DNA of 63,727 nt, counting the filler, from Collodictyon triciliatum (lineage: Eukaryota): the NCBI GenBank assembly GCA_043381765.1. It is 9 parts of 9 records of this genome, joined end to end, with 100 filler letters (N's around TTAATTAATTAA, not from the genome) between each part and the next. Parts side by side here need not be neighbours in the genome. Positions count along the whole stretch, not along the records: positions 15,581 to 21,872 come from JBHJMP010003790.1; positions 21,973 to 29,648 come from JBHJMP010003791.1; positions 29,749 to 37,421 come from JBHJMP010003792.1; 6 more parts are not named here. One strand, given 5' to 3'. The notes below the pieces were generated by a model. The model did no database searches, was not told the DNA's origin, and saw only the letters and a list, made by a program, of their open reading frames with translations. Positions 16,791-29,844 of the stretch are shown here, in pieces; the stretch's first letter is position 1, and each line of letters starts with the position of its first letter. The position numbers and the translations under genes are program-made.

Positions 16791-19213
16791 ATGGCGGGTC
16801 GAACGAGCTTGAAAGTGTCTGCACCTGAGGGAGCAAAAAGCAGTCCAGCCCGAGCAGAGGTTCTGAGCCAGTCCACGGCCTTCTACTCTTACTTGGCGTC
16901 GAATCAGAACGTGCGGGCGGATCCGAGTGCTAATCTGGCCCAGAGTCTTTCCTTGGAAGACACAAAGATCCCCGCAAAGGACGTCTTTATGAACCACGCT
17001 TTGTATGTGCAGCAGATTCGTGACGGGCTCACACGGGCGGACGAACTGACGCGTAGGATGGTTTGTTGTTGTTTCAGGCTCGCACTCTCACCTTTTCCCT
17101 CTCTTATTTGCCAAACCAGAAGCTTTCTTTTTCTTGATCGTTTTTTTTTCCTTTCAAGCGTGTCTTTATCCATCGTATAATATTTTCATTTGTCTATATT
17201 TATTGAGTATTATGAAACCTACTTTCATTCTCGAGGAAGGAAGCCTTTTCTTTTCTTCTTTCCCCTTTCTTCTTCTTTTTCTTCTTCACGTGCTTAATAT
17301 CGATTTAGAATGGTATCCTGGGTTCTTTTGATGATCGTTTGAAGGGTCTCGTCCAGGAAATTGACCCGATGCACAAAAAGACCACTGACCTTAAGATGAG
17401 ACACGAAAGTGATACTCCATTAATATCGACATTTTCCGTGGTTGATGATTATGTTAATTAAACGTATATGATGATCGATTTATGAAGGAAGATGATCCTT
17501 TGGTCTTTAATTTTCCGAGTTTTATGCTTTTCTTTTTAATTTGTCTGATTCATCGCAATAGACATCTCTAAAACCTTGGAGTTGATGTCAAGGTATGTCA
17601 ATATGTTTGATATGCCGTTTGAGTTGCAGGATGCCATCAGAAAAGGGTGAATTTTCATTTTATTTTTGTTACATCCTTTAATAGTATGTGGCCCGTCTCA
17701 TTCTCTTGTTTTTAATTTTTATTTCCCCCTTTCATAAATCATATTTGTTAATGAATCAATTGACATCCTTTTTTTCAAATAAAAATAACCAATCACTATG
17801 CTCACCACAGTCCTGGGACTGATATTCGAGGCTATGTATCAAAACTGGATGACGCACAAAATGCTATTGATTTTTTCACGGTTAGATTGTTCCACCGAAG
17901 TCATATTTCTGTCCCAGAAAATTGATTATTCTCATTTGACCCGTTTGTTATTATTATCGCACAATATAATTTTTTTTTTTATAAAATGATACACTTACCT
18001 TTGGAAATGGTTGATGTAGAAACACAAAAACTTCAAAGGCTCGGATAAAGCAATGCAACATCTGGTACATATATTAGACATATTCATTCTTTGAAGCATA
18101 TACTATGGTATGTTATAGACAAAAAAAAAAAAATAACCAACAATAATTCCAGGAGTCACTTTTGGTCATATTCCTCTATATAATAACTAATGCTTTGTTT
18201 TTATGTAGAAACAAATTCAAGAGGAAGGACTGGAAAGGTAATTGATGTTATATCTGTGTCGATATTCAACTTTACGACGCTGACACATGTTCCATGAAGA
18301 TGCCGCGATGCGTTTTGTCAAATTCTACAGGAAAACAGTACTCCCATCAATGACCTTACAAAAGTCGAAGTCATAGGTAGAATGTAACAACCAAGTTTAT
18401 TAATTGTTAAAAACATCAACCAACAAACAATAAACAGCAACAGATAAATAAGTAGCTTCTTAACACTTTCTTATTGACACAAACAAAAATATGCAGTGAT
18501 ATGCCTCGAAGATTTCGATTTAACACTACCTTACACACAGAACCGATACCTGAAGCTGTTCGAGACACATTAAAATTCTTGACAAAGGTATCTTGCAAAT
18601 CTTCAAACAAGCTTAGTTTTAAATTTATACTGAAATGGCGTAGCACTACTTACCATTCACATTTAATTTGAACCCATCAAAGTGTCTGGCCCGAGGAAAT
18701 GATGAAAAATGGTTGCCATCGTACTGCAGCATCCGATCCGACTACTTGGTCAGCACCATCGAAAAAATCACTCCAGATCGGATGATTCGCGAGGAAGTCT
18801 CCCAGTATGAAGCCAGTCAACAGACTGCATAATTGTTGATTTCTTCATTGATACATTTGATAATTTAAGCATTTGATTACAATCATCTGGTGCATGTGAT
18901 AAATATTGGTGAAAATCTCAGAGGTGGGCGATACAAAAAAGGAAGCCACAGACTCATCACTTTAAATACGATGTTTTTAAAGCTATTACAGGTTTGAATT
19001 TATTTACTCCTTTACCATGAAGAAAAGCCGCTTCTTATACTCCACTCTTATCATTCATGTCTCTTCATTTTTATAACTGAACACTCAAATGAAGCCATAT
19101 AATAGACAGAGAAATTATTAGCATCAAATCTTGTCCCGCCTGAAGACTTCCCCGGAGCTTTTCGTGATTCTATATCCAAGGTAATGGTTGTTTTCTCCTT
19201 AATTAATTTATGT

Positions 19214-19306
<93 letters not shown>

Positions 19307-21279
19307 GTTGATCATCATATCCACGGAAGTTTTAACAAAAAAAAATTCATTTTTTCGTTGGGCTTACATAAAACATAGGCATTTGATGCATTCTTGGACA
19401 CTGCCGAGAGTATTGTAAAGCAAAAAAGACCCGAAAAGATATTCATCGTGCTAGACATTATCGAAAACTTTGAAGAGTCTCTTTCGGGATACAAATCTCT
19501 TTTCAAAGTATGTCATTTCAATTATACATGTCAAGTATGCCATTCTGTTATATTTTTTCTATTCATTCTTACACACAAGGAATTCATTCAACTTCCATAC
19601 TGGTTTTTCAGATTCAAGGCTATGTGAATGACCACGGAGACATCAACCAATACATCATCGACGTTAAAGTGACGACCAAGAAAAGCATCAGCGAGTATAT
19701 TCAGGAGGTTCAAACACACAACATCAAAGCCATCCCGACTGATGGAAGCACACATGCACTGAGTAGTAATGTGAGTATTTATTTCATGCATATCGAGAGT
19801 GGCATATTGATGAGTTGTCGTTTCTTTAAGAGTTGCAATGTAGAAAATTCTTGAACATGATTACTTGTCCAATTTTTGAATGGTAATTCTCAATATTAGA
19901 CCCTCAACTATGCAAAGAGATTGCTTGAATACCAAAAAGTAGTTGTGGGGATGTTGGAAATAACATCAGGAATCAGTGCCCTAAAATCATACATACGTAA
20001 CACCATTTATCTCCAAAAAAACTGATACTGTAGATAAAGAAAAAAGTATCATAGGCAAAATAAGCAACTGTGCAGTATTGTAAAAAAAAAAAATGCACCA
20101 GTTTATAGGACTATAAATGGTTCATGTTAATTGAGAATATGCTTTTGATATGTAACCACATACGCATTAAAATATATACATCTGCTATGACATGGAACTA
20201 GTGAAGGTTCTTAATGCTATGCTGGAAAATCTGGAGGCAAAATCCAAGCAATACGCCAGCACCAAGATGTCCCACATATTCCTATTGAATAATCTACATC
20301 ACATATCCAAGTCTGTGAGCGAGTCAGAGCTCTTGTCTTTTGTCGGCCAAGTACTTATATTTTGAATATTTAATTTGGATACATCAAATATGTGATAATG
20401 ATAGTAGATATTTCTATAAATGTAATAAATCAGATATGCCCGTATGTTGGAGCGCTTTTCTTTTTTGTGATGTGAATTCAATCAATCCTAGGATTTCCTT
20501 GGTAACATTGATGGACTAATACAGAAGAACCGACAGGCTTTCAAGGAATACAGGTTTTTATATTTATCTCATTCCAGTGCGACTCAGAAATTTCGTTTTT
20601 TTTCTCAAGGTTCACTTCAATTAATATTTCAACCAAACTTATCAATGAATATTTTGACCCATATAGTTGGGGTAAAGCCTATGAAAGCATCATCGTTGTT
20701 CCTAAAGCTGGGAAGCCACCCAAAATGGATAAGGCGCACTTGAAGACACGCTTTGCGGTAATCTACTTTTTATCTCAAAGCTCTTGATTTGCAAAGTGAT
20801 TTTCTTTTGGTCTGATGGGTTTTTACTTTATCCGATCTTTTCTTTCATGATAGACATTTAACGGAGAACTTGAGGACCTTCGTAAAAGTTTTGGGCATTA
20901 CGCAATACCAGATCGGGAGCTGCGTGAGAAAGTGGGAAATGAGAATGGATACGGCATATTTTAGAATTATGTGGCTTATGTTTTGTTTCTAGGCCTTGGC
21001 GCATACTAATTAGCATAATTTACTATTTTTATTAATCTCAATTATTATATTACAGCTACTGCAAGACATCAAGGACTACATTATCCCCACATACACTGCA
21101 TTCTATAAAAAGTGAAAATACGAGTGTTTATTTTTCTTTATGAAACATTTAGCTGATAATGGGTTTCGATGTATAGATACGGAGTGGAGCCCTTCTGTAA
21201 GAACATGCATAAGTACGTAAAGTATACACCAGACACCACCCAAGAGATAATCTCCAATCTGTTTGAGCAGTCGAGCTAG
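16791..21279 (+). CDS. EXOC7: Exocyst subunit Exo70, multi-exon, complete
   Basis: GILGSFDDRLKGL, SIRSDYL, SHIFLLNNLHHISKSV, FNGELEDL..YAIPDRELRE, IIPTYTAFY, KYVKYTPD..ISNLFE. TAG at 21277-21279. Confidence 0.92.
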
Positions 21280-22284
21280 AGCAAAAGCAAATCTGCACCA
21301 CCATCTCGTTGCTTCTTCCCTGGAAAGTTCTCTTACGAGAAACAGATATAAAAAAACAGTTCTCTTTCGTGATCTGGAGACATCTAACTGGAAATAGATG
21401 AGCACGAGTTTGATAAATGATTGGATAATCACCATGACTTAACATAGCTGTTCAATTTGGTCCAGACATTAGATGATGGGAATCGACGAGCGTACCACCA
21501 AATAAACATACATCCTTTCGATAAGTCCATCACAAAATTACAGATATCGTAGTGGACAATAGACCTGCCCAGAATTATAAAGGAATAAAATATTCAGCCT
21601 CCCATTTGTTCTGCCTGAATGTGCATCGAAAGCACGGTGTGTGGAATACTCACATCGATATATATATGTATAATGTTGATATCAATCCTCTATGTGGTAT
21701 AACTACTTTATCAATCAGATTGTTTCATTTTATTTATTTATTTTTACAAAAAGAACGTGATTATTTCCCTCTAGACCAAAAAAAAAAAAAAGGAAAGGAA
21801 AGGAAAGGAACGAATTTCGTATGTCCATTTCTCTGATTTACACGACCATGGTTCTTTATTGAAGAAAAAAAANNNNNNNNNNNNNNNNNNNNNNNNNNNN
21901 NNNNNNNNNNNNNNNNTTAATTAATTAANNNNNNNNNNNNNNNNNNNNNNNNNNNNNNNNNNNNNNNNNNNNTATTGTTATTATTATTGTTATTATTATT
22001 GTTATTATTATTGTTATTATTATTGTTATTATTATTGTTATTATTATTGTTATTATTATTGTTATTATTATGCAATCGATTTCTCGAAAAGCTTTGAGTC
22101 TTTTTATGAGGTTGTTTTCTTTTGGTTCCTTTTCTCTGAAATGTGCACATTGTTTTTATTTATTGATATTTGAAAAGGCTTGATTCTGTAATATTAGTAT
22201 TTTTTCTTTTAATGGTGTGCGTAATAATGCTCCAATATTATGTTACAATATTTTGTGTTTGTCTTTTTGTTCTCGTCATTCTAG

Positions 22285-23516
22285 AGATTCGTCTGCTAAA
22301 CTTCGCATGCCATCCTCTGTGAATGATGTTCGGGAACTAAGCGTGATTCTGCAAAAATATTGTGACCACAACTACTCGGCTGTCCTTGTTGGGTTTTGCA
22401 TATGCTACGTATTGTATCCAGTTACTGTTGTATTCATCGATTAATTTGTTTTTGTATTTCTGTATTTCTGTATTTCTGTATTTCTGTATTTCTGTATTTC
22501 TGTATTTCTGTATTTCTGTATTTCTGTATTTCTGTATTTATTGAAGTTAGTGGGGTCGATTCTATTTCTTATCCTTTTTTTTTGTAACCATGGTTTCTTT
22601 TATAAATAAGTACATCAAGATTATGTTCTTTTTTTTTTTTGACCATACACACAAAGCTTGCAAGCATTTGCCATTCCTGGTTCTCTCTTCTTAAGCTTTT
22701 TGGCTGGTGCATTGTTTGGATTCCCTGTTGGATTCCCTGTGGTTGTGATGGTATGTTCGTTTCATTGAAGCGCTATATCTACAGCATACTATAAAAAAAT
22801 AAGTATATCATTAATAATTTGACTTTGTATGACTAGTCTCCAAATCAAACAAACGAGAAAAACTGCATTTGAGTAAACTTTTTTCTGACCAGGCTTTATT
22901 GTTGTGATAAAATAATAAACAGAACTGCACTGTTGGCTCATCCATATGCTTCGTCCTGTCCAATATGCTCGGCCGTGGCTTTGTTCTTCGTTTATTCCCT
23001 GAAAAAATGGACTTCTTCAGAACAAAAGTAAATTATTTTATGACCTGAATCGCCCATGCTATTTTTAAAAGAAGAAATAGAAGTAGAGCGAAACGACTTT
23101 TCATGCCTGCAAGCTCCGATCCAATTCGTGCTTGAATGAATATCTTAAATCTATTCCTATATACTTTGGGCATTTTGAGTCATTGAGTAGAGAAACTTAT
23201 TAAGACATCAATTTGTAACCTTAGCTCCAGCAACATCAAAAACATCTGTACAATTACATGCTTTTCCTCCGCATTTCGCCACTTCTCCCCAATTGGTTCA
23301 TCAACATTTCATCTCCCGTGATTGGCGTGCCTTATGACGCATTCTTGTTTGGGACGTTCTTTGGTTGGTGTCTAATTCCTATTGAAGAACACAAATATTT
23401 TTCTTTTCGTTTGATCTTTTTTAATAATATGAACAATTTGAGATAACACTTTATTTGATTTTTCTTCTATCATTATGTGCTCATTTATATATTTAGTCGT
23501 TTATTATACAATCAAT

Positions 23517-23578
<62 letters not shown>

Positions 23579-23793
23579 CTCTTTCTCTTTCTCTCTGATT
23601 AGGTGTGATGCCAGGTACATTCCTTGCAATCCAAACGGGAATGACTATCAATGAACTCACATCCTCCGATATCGACCAACTCGGGATACGGTTTTCTGTA
23701 TCGTTGATGATTATCGGTCTGATCTCTCTAATCCCGTCCTTAATCCGAAAGTTCCTGGAAGGTCGGATGGGTGATGCTGACAAGACTGAATAA
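22285..23793 (+). CDS. TMEM41B: TMEM41B/Stasimon (DedA/VTT-domain scramblase); 5' exon(s) not identified
   Basis: YVFLQAFAIPGSLFLSFLAGALF, YMLFLRISPLLPNWFINISSPVIGVP and FLFGTFFGVMPGTFLAIQTG. TAA at 23791-23793. Confidence 0.92.
22414..22656 (+). other. Probable U12-type GT-AG intron in TMEM41B
   Basis: 5' end GTATCCAG, 3' end TTTTGACCATACACACAAAG (branch-like motif close to the AG, no pyrimidine tract after it). Removal restores YVF-LQAFAIPG. Confidence 0.7.
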
Positions 23794-24357
23794 AAAAATA
23801 ATGAGAGGCTTTGATAGAGACTTTGATAGAGGCTTGAAAAAGGCATCATTGGCCCAACATCATATCTTCCTTTTCTTTTCTCGTATGAATCCCTGGCCGA
23901 GGTTGAAATCGCACTGCGTGTCAACTAATAAAGAAAGCAACCCCAAGGAGAACTTCTCCGATATGCAACATATAGTTCTGAAAAAAAAATGCTGTAGAAC
24001 CGCTTTATTTGTTTTGGTTTTTTTTTAACCTTGCCAGTAATATGGTTATTTAATTACTTTTTTTTTTTTTTACATAGGTAAGAGGGCGATTGCTGTATTT
24101 TAACATTTATCACAGCCCGCTGGTCTACTGAATAAATCTAATACAAGATACAAAGAAAAATAAGGGGCGCGGGAATAATAGGAGGGACTGATGCGGCACT
24201 TGATGAGACTATGTTTATTCGAAACGAGATAATTCCTGTGTGAATACCCCACTTTCGTTCGAAGTAACACTTTATTGCCCACAACATAGCGTCGGTGTTG
24301 AGAAGGAATATCAATGAACCGAAGTCAGAAGCCATGTATATATGTTGCAGATGTTCC

Positions 24358-26128
24358 TTACAAGTAGACAGTGCCCTTGATGGATACAACAAAAGGCGAC
24401 ACGAGAAACTGTGCGATGACTTGCGACGGATTCGCTCCCTTTGTTGAGAAAGACATAATTATTTATTTCTGTATTTATTTATGTAATATCAAATAGAAGT
24501 GTGATTGTGGTTTAAATCCCTCATAATTAATATACATTCTTTATATTGCAAGACTGCACAAATATTCAAGACATATAAATTGATATCTTTGAATCGAATA
24601 AAGGAAAAAAAAAGACATATAAATTGATGTGTATTCAATTTGATATATTTTCATATGATAGTTTGCACAGATATGTATGTATATGTGTATATTTCCTATC
24701 TTTTGTATTTTGCTACTGCAAAAGTCACTGTGACATAAAAGACGATGAAGAAGCATGGAACGAAATACGAAATAATAATCATAATAATAAAAGATGAAAC
24801 AAAAATATCTTAATCCATATAAAGAACCCGAGTGCGATGTGCCTCTGCGTCATAGGCGACTTGGCTTGCAACGTGCCACCCCCCTTCCTGGGAAAGAATA
24901 GCCAAGTTCCTTGAGTTAAAGTAGATGATATGAGAATTCATAGTCATCAGGAATTGCCCACGTCTTCCTGCCCCAGATTGCGAGCGGGTTTGACCTCCAC
25001 TTGACTCTGTGGATACTGTAATTGAAGCATCTTGAAATATATGTTGCCAAATTAATAAGAATGAAAAATTAAAAAAAAGAAAAAAAGGGCAACTTTTCAA
25101 TTTGAACATTCTATCTGCTTGCGTAGTGTTCCTTTATTATCTCGGTCGGTTGTGTTCACTTATTCAATCCAAAAGCAAAAAGAAAATCGTGATTTTAATC
25201 ATATTTCAGTGCGAATAATAACGAAGCAAACCATCGTAAAATAATCCATGTCCTTGTGATTCGTCTGTGTGCTCGAATATCATAGCCCCGGATTCTCTGC
25301 TCAGAACTAATATTCCGGAGGACGACCCGATAATAACTTCCTGAAAAGAAGTGAGTGTGTATAGCTTCGTCTCTGAGAGGGATTCGAATCTTGAAAAGAA
25401 CAAAAAAAAAATGCTATTGTGGTAGATTTCGTTTTGCAGGATTTAATTCCACTTCATATTCAAGTGCAAGGTTAGAAGAAAATGTGTGCACCTTAACAGT
25501 GAAGGACACTCCAGCTATTGATGGCAGACTGGAAAAATCGGTCAAGGGAACAGTTTCTACATACATGGCCTGATTCTCATCTGCACAAAATGATAGCTGT
25601 TATTTTAGCAGACGAAAGGTCATGTTTATGCACATACATAAAATCCCTGATAATATCTTCCTTTTTGCATAGGCTTTAAATGTTGTATTTATCAACTTCC
25701 AACAAGCTCAAGTAATCAGCTGACAAACTGGCTATCCAGCCTTTTTATTTATCTAGTAAGATAAATAGTTTTAAATGCAAGTCAAAATACCTATGAGCAG
25801 TTTCTCTCTTGTGAGGCGCAGTGGGAGCTGCGGCTCGCTGACTGTCCAGGTAGTCTGCCGTGAGTAATTCATATGTATATCATTTAAATTATATGATTAT
25901 AATATGTATGTCATCCAAAAAGTGGATTCGGGCGTGTTCTATCAAATATTAAGCTCTAGCAAACATGCCACAAGGAAAAAAAAGCGTAAGTATATATGTT
26001 TGAACACGAATAACATAATGTAAAGATATCATTGAGGGAACATAATCCTCTTTGACCTTTTGAAACATGATCAAAGCCAGTATGAAACCATCATATGAAG
26101 CAAAGAGGAAAGCAAGGGTATCAAACAT
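24358..26128 (-). CDS. Uncharacterised protein of about 215 aa, 6 predicted exons
   Basis: Phase-compatible GT-AG exons: MFDTLAFLF..QK / TTWTVSEPQLP.. / ENQAMYVETVP..VK / EVIIGSSSGILV.. / ASITVSTESSGG..HRTR / GANPSQ..GTVYL*. No family recognised; start uncertain. Confidence 0.55.
24568..24628 (+). mobile_element. 27-bp element 3'-tip insertion with a perfect 17-bp target-site duplication
   Basis: AAGACATATAAATTGAT (24568-24584 and 24612-24628) flanks ATCTTTGAATCGAATAAAGGAAAAAAA, which matches the 3' end of the elements at 32508-32524 and 34633-34657. Confidence 0.8.
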
Positions 26129-27106
26129 GACCCTCGGCGCGACAAAGGCTCGACGCTCTCATTAAATGGATTACAGAAATGAAACATGTGTGTTCACATA
26201 AAAACCTTGGAGTCGCGGAATACTATAGATCGCAAAGTAGGGCGATCGGTGGAATAGTTGAAAAAGAACTGCAACGAGGGTTCCATGAGAGAGAAAGACG
26301 AGTGCGGCAGGAACAGAAGCAAACCGAGCAGACAAACTATACGAAGCATTTCACTCGCCTTTAATAAGGATTGCGAGCTCTTCTGCCAAAGTAGATGTGA
26401 ATACCGATTGATCTTATTTTTTTATTTATTCATTTGTATTTTTTCTTTTTTTTATTAATACTAGTATTATCTTCATTTGTATTATTTTTTCTTTTTATTA
26501 TTATTATTTATTTATTTGTTTGTTTATTTGTTTGTTTATTTGTTTGTTTATTTGTTTGTTTATTTGTTTGTTTATTTGTTTGTTTATTTGTTTATTTGTT
26601 TATTTGTTTATTTGTTTATTTGTTTATTTGTTTATTTGTTTATTTGTTTATTTGTTTATTTGTTTATTTGTTTATTTGTTTATTTGTTTATTCCCTTTCT
26701 TCCTTGCGTACTTCTCTAGACGGATGAGTAGGGGTTGGTGGTAGTTTAGCCAAGATTGCTTCGATTCTTTGTTCGGAACAGATATGCAAGATTTACTAAG
26801 CGTCGACGAATATAAGGCGCGCAGCGATATGCAGTTTTGGAGGCGCGATTATTTAGATCCCACAATATAATACTGTGGGTGCAATATGCACCATATTAAC
26901 ATCATATTATGCCTTCGCCTCTTCCTTTGCTTTTTTTTTCTCGTATTTTTTTTATATTCATCGCTCATCGTAGTCTAACAAAGCTAAAGCTACCAGAGGC
27001 TGCTTATATAAACATGCCTAGCCAAGAAATCATTAAACGGGTCGAAGAGCGACTCAGACTAAGCTGTGGAGCTGCTTCCAATGAAGATTTATTACAACCG
27101 AGGTGG

Positions 27107-28996
27107 CTATGTGGTTTGTCCATGTTGGCTTGGTGTTTGCTCTGGAGTATTATTAGCGACAATTGTTGAGGTCCAATTCTGAGTAACAAAGAGTACTCTA
27201 TTTGGATTCCTTATGTAACTCGTCACAAACCGCAGATAGAATAGCCCCACAGAGAAGAGGCTGCTGGAGAGAAATATCCTCGGGTCGATGAGGATGCGCC
27301 CCAGAAACATAATCTCCATGCGCTTTTCATATAAAGGCGACAACGCAAATCGACAGTAAACTCCGCAAGTTATTGATACAGCCACCACAAACAAGGATGA
27401 CCATGCCAGATAGCGTTTTTGTTGGGGATATGTATCCAAACACATCAACCAAACACAACTGAGAGCAAAGTATCCCGACCCGATGGTTCGGAGGTCTCCA
27501 CGGGTAAATATGACATATGAGGCCCATATTTGCAAGGAGAGGAATAAAACATACCAGAAGTCAAATGTTTGCATTGTCTTTGTCATGATGGTAAGATTAC
27601 TTGTCAAAAAAATCTGTAGACCCATAAAACACACACATGGGATGCAGAGAAACGAAGTGATATTCGAGAAATGGGACGAAAACTCCAATCCCATCCCCAC
27701 GGGATACATGAGGCATCCCATAAGCAAAGAATAGGCAATTCCTATTGAAGTATAGAACGGTGATTTTAGAACTTGAAATGTTCTTGGATACCGATTTTTT
27801 AGGTGTCGGTGAGATAGTGTATTCTGGACGTCAATTTCAATCTCATCTGTATTCATTACACCAATCAACACTGAGAAGCTGTTTTCTTTGTTGACTGGGC
27901 CTCTGGGAAACATGTATGGCTTGTCTTGATGACCTTCCATCATGTTTTTAAGATTTGATGACTCGTCTAATGGGGACGGCTTCATTTGAGAACCATCGGT
28001 GTCAGGAGCCACTTTTATGTTTCCTGCAGTTTCCGGAGTTGTATTGATGACAAGGTGGCGGGTTGCATAAGGAATGCACTTTTCTCTCTTTAACTCGTAA
28101 AATGAAGTCAGAAATATCATTTCATCAGACGACCTGTAGCGATATCGTATGTATATCACTCTTAGGCAATATATAGTGATTACAAAAAGACTGCTCGTAG
28201 CTTCAGCTTGGTAACTTAAAACTGTAGTATTGTTTACAAATAGCCCACTTTCACTCCTGGAAAGACTTGTTGAAAAGTATATGCAAAAGAGTATTGATAT
28301 CATCACCAAACATCCTATAATCGCACAAATCAGATGAAGCCGCCTGAACTTCTTTGGGAATCCATCCATAAGAATAAATGTTGTGATGGAAAGAAACGAA
28401 TGCAACACTACCATATGTATTTCCAAAGACCAATCCCATATATTACCGATACAGACAGTAAAGAAAAGAGTGTGGTACATAAGATACCAAAAATTAAAGG
28501 AAGCGAGTATGTGCTTGAGAATATCAACATGTATCAAGGACAACTGCAAAAGAGATACTTTGATATTGAGAAAAAGTGAACTGCAGACCAGTATCCATGT
28601 CCTAACAACTAGAATGTCTCCTACGTACAAGATACAAATAACTGATACAAAAATCCAGAGCAATACCCAAACCAAAATCAAGTAGGGATGCCACATCGTC
28701 TTTTTTGCGTATTCTTTTAAGATCAGAGGAAAACAAAAATCTGCTATTGTGCGACCTGGTCTAATACTCTCCTTGTGCTCCTTCAGCACCAGTGAAAGTC
28801 TCATCTTGCTTGTACTCTGGGATGTGCTGGGGGATTCAATTGAATCTGGTTCAGGGGCAGTGTCAATTCTCATGGATGCTAATTGGTGACTGCCTGACTG
28901 TGAGCGATTAGTATCCCAGGCTTCTTTTACCTGCTTCGCTGAGATGGGGGTGAAACCAGATCCATCATCCAAGGGCCTACTCATTTGTGAGGGCAT
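27107..28996 (-). CDS. Intronless 629-aa multipass membrane protein with two internal repeats
   Basis: Long ORF with two hydrophobic blocks, each containing (S/T)F(N/D)FWY...(M/L)DxxP...SSLF...LR, separated by a polar linker. Confidence 0.8.
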   Translation of the reverse strand: MPSQMSRPLDDGSGFTPISAKQVKEAWDTNRSQSGSHQLASMRIDTAPEPDSIESPSTSQSTSKMRLSLVLKEHKESIRPGRTIADFCFPLILKEYAKKTMWHPYLILVWVLLWIFVSVICILYVGDILVVRTWILVCSSLFLNIKVSLLQLSLIHVDILKHILASFNFWYLMYHTLFFTVCIGNIWDWSLEIHMVVLHSFLSITTFILMDGFPKKFRRLHLICAIIGCLVMISILFCIYFSTSLSRSESGLFVNNTTVLSYQAEATSSLFVITIYCLRVIYIRYRYRSSDEMIFLTSFYELKREKCIPYATRHLVINTTPETAGNIKVAPDTDGSQMKPSPLDESSNLKNMMEGHQDKPYMFPRGPVNKENSFSVLIGVMNTDEIEIDVQNTLSHRHLKNRYPRTFQVLKSPFYTSIGIAYSLLMGCLMYPVGMGLEFSSHFSNITSFLCIPCVCFMGLQIFLTSNLTIMTKTMQTFDFWYVLFLSLQIWASYVIFTRGDLRTIGSGYFALSCVWLMCLDTYPQQKRYLAWSSLFVVAVSITCGVYCRFALSPLYEKRMEIMFLGRILIDPRIFLSSSLFSVGLFYLRFVTSYIRNPNRVLFVTQNWTSTIVANNTPEQTPSQHGQTT

Positions 28997-29087
28997 GAAT
29001 GATCTCGACCTGTAAAAAAAGTTTGAAAAAGTACGAGTTTTTGTGCTCGATGGACTCCTTAATCTTTATCATGATCGTTTTCAGATT

Positions 29088-29317
29088 TGTTGTGTGTGTT
29101 TTGGTGTGTGTTTTGGTGTATGTTTTTGGTGTGTGTTTTTTGGTGTGTGTTTTTGGTGTGTGTTTTTTGGTGTGTGCTTTGGTGTGTGTTTTTGTGTGTG
29201 TTTTGTTGTGTTTTTTGGTGTGTTTTTTGGTGTGTTTTTTGGTGTGTTTTTTGGTGTTTTTGGTGTTTTTGGTGTTTTTGGTGTTTTTGGTGTTTTTGGT
29301 GTTTTTGGTGTTTTTGG
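29088..29317. repeat. Degenerate G/T-rich tandem (GGTGTTTTT-like)
   Basis: Seen directly, upstream of the 629-aa gene. Confidence 0.85.
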
Positions 29318-29748
29318 ATTCGTACTCCTTGCGTTGGGAATCGACGAGAATAGGACTTTTTCGTGGATGTCTGTAAGATATTGAATATTACATATTTTTA
29401 ATGTCAATAATTTTGTAAAATTTATATATATAGTGGGATAATGGATATAATTACGAACATAAAGTTATAATTATATAAAATCCAGATTTGTATAAAGTGG
29501 TAACTATAAGTATGAACGCTTCTGGGAGAATAATGGCGGTCTCATCTGTGGTTTAAATAACGCTGCCATCGAGTTGGAATCTCTCCCATGAGCCAGCCAA
29601 ACTCAGTCAAAGAAACAAGAAAAAAAAAAAAAAAAAAAAAAAAAAAAANNNNNNNNNNNNNNNNNNNNNNNNNNNNNNNNNNNNNNNNNNNNTTAATTAA
29701 TTAANNNNNNNNNNNNNNNNNNNNNNNNNNNNNNNNNNNNNNNNNNNN

Positions 29749-29844
<96 letters not shown>

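Noticed and set aside
18588-18682. GTATCTTG donor in Exo70 as a third U12 intron
   Set aside because: Only a partial match to GTATCCTT; cannot be separated from U2-type without scoring.
29088-29317. Telomere-like G/T repeat
   Set aside because: The unit is heterogeneous, the tract is internal, and it is not a recognised telomere motif.
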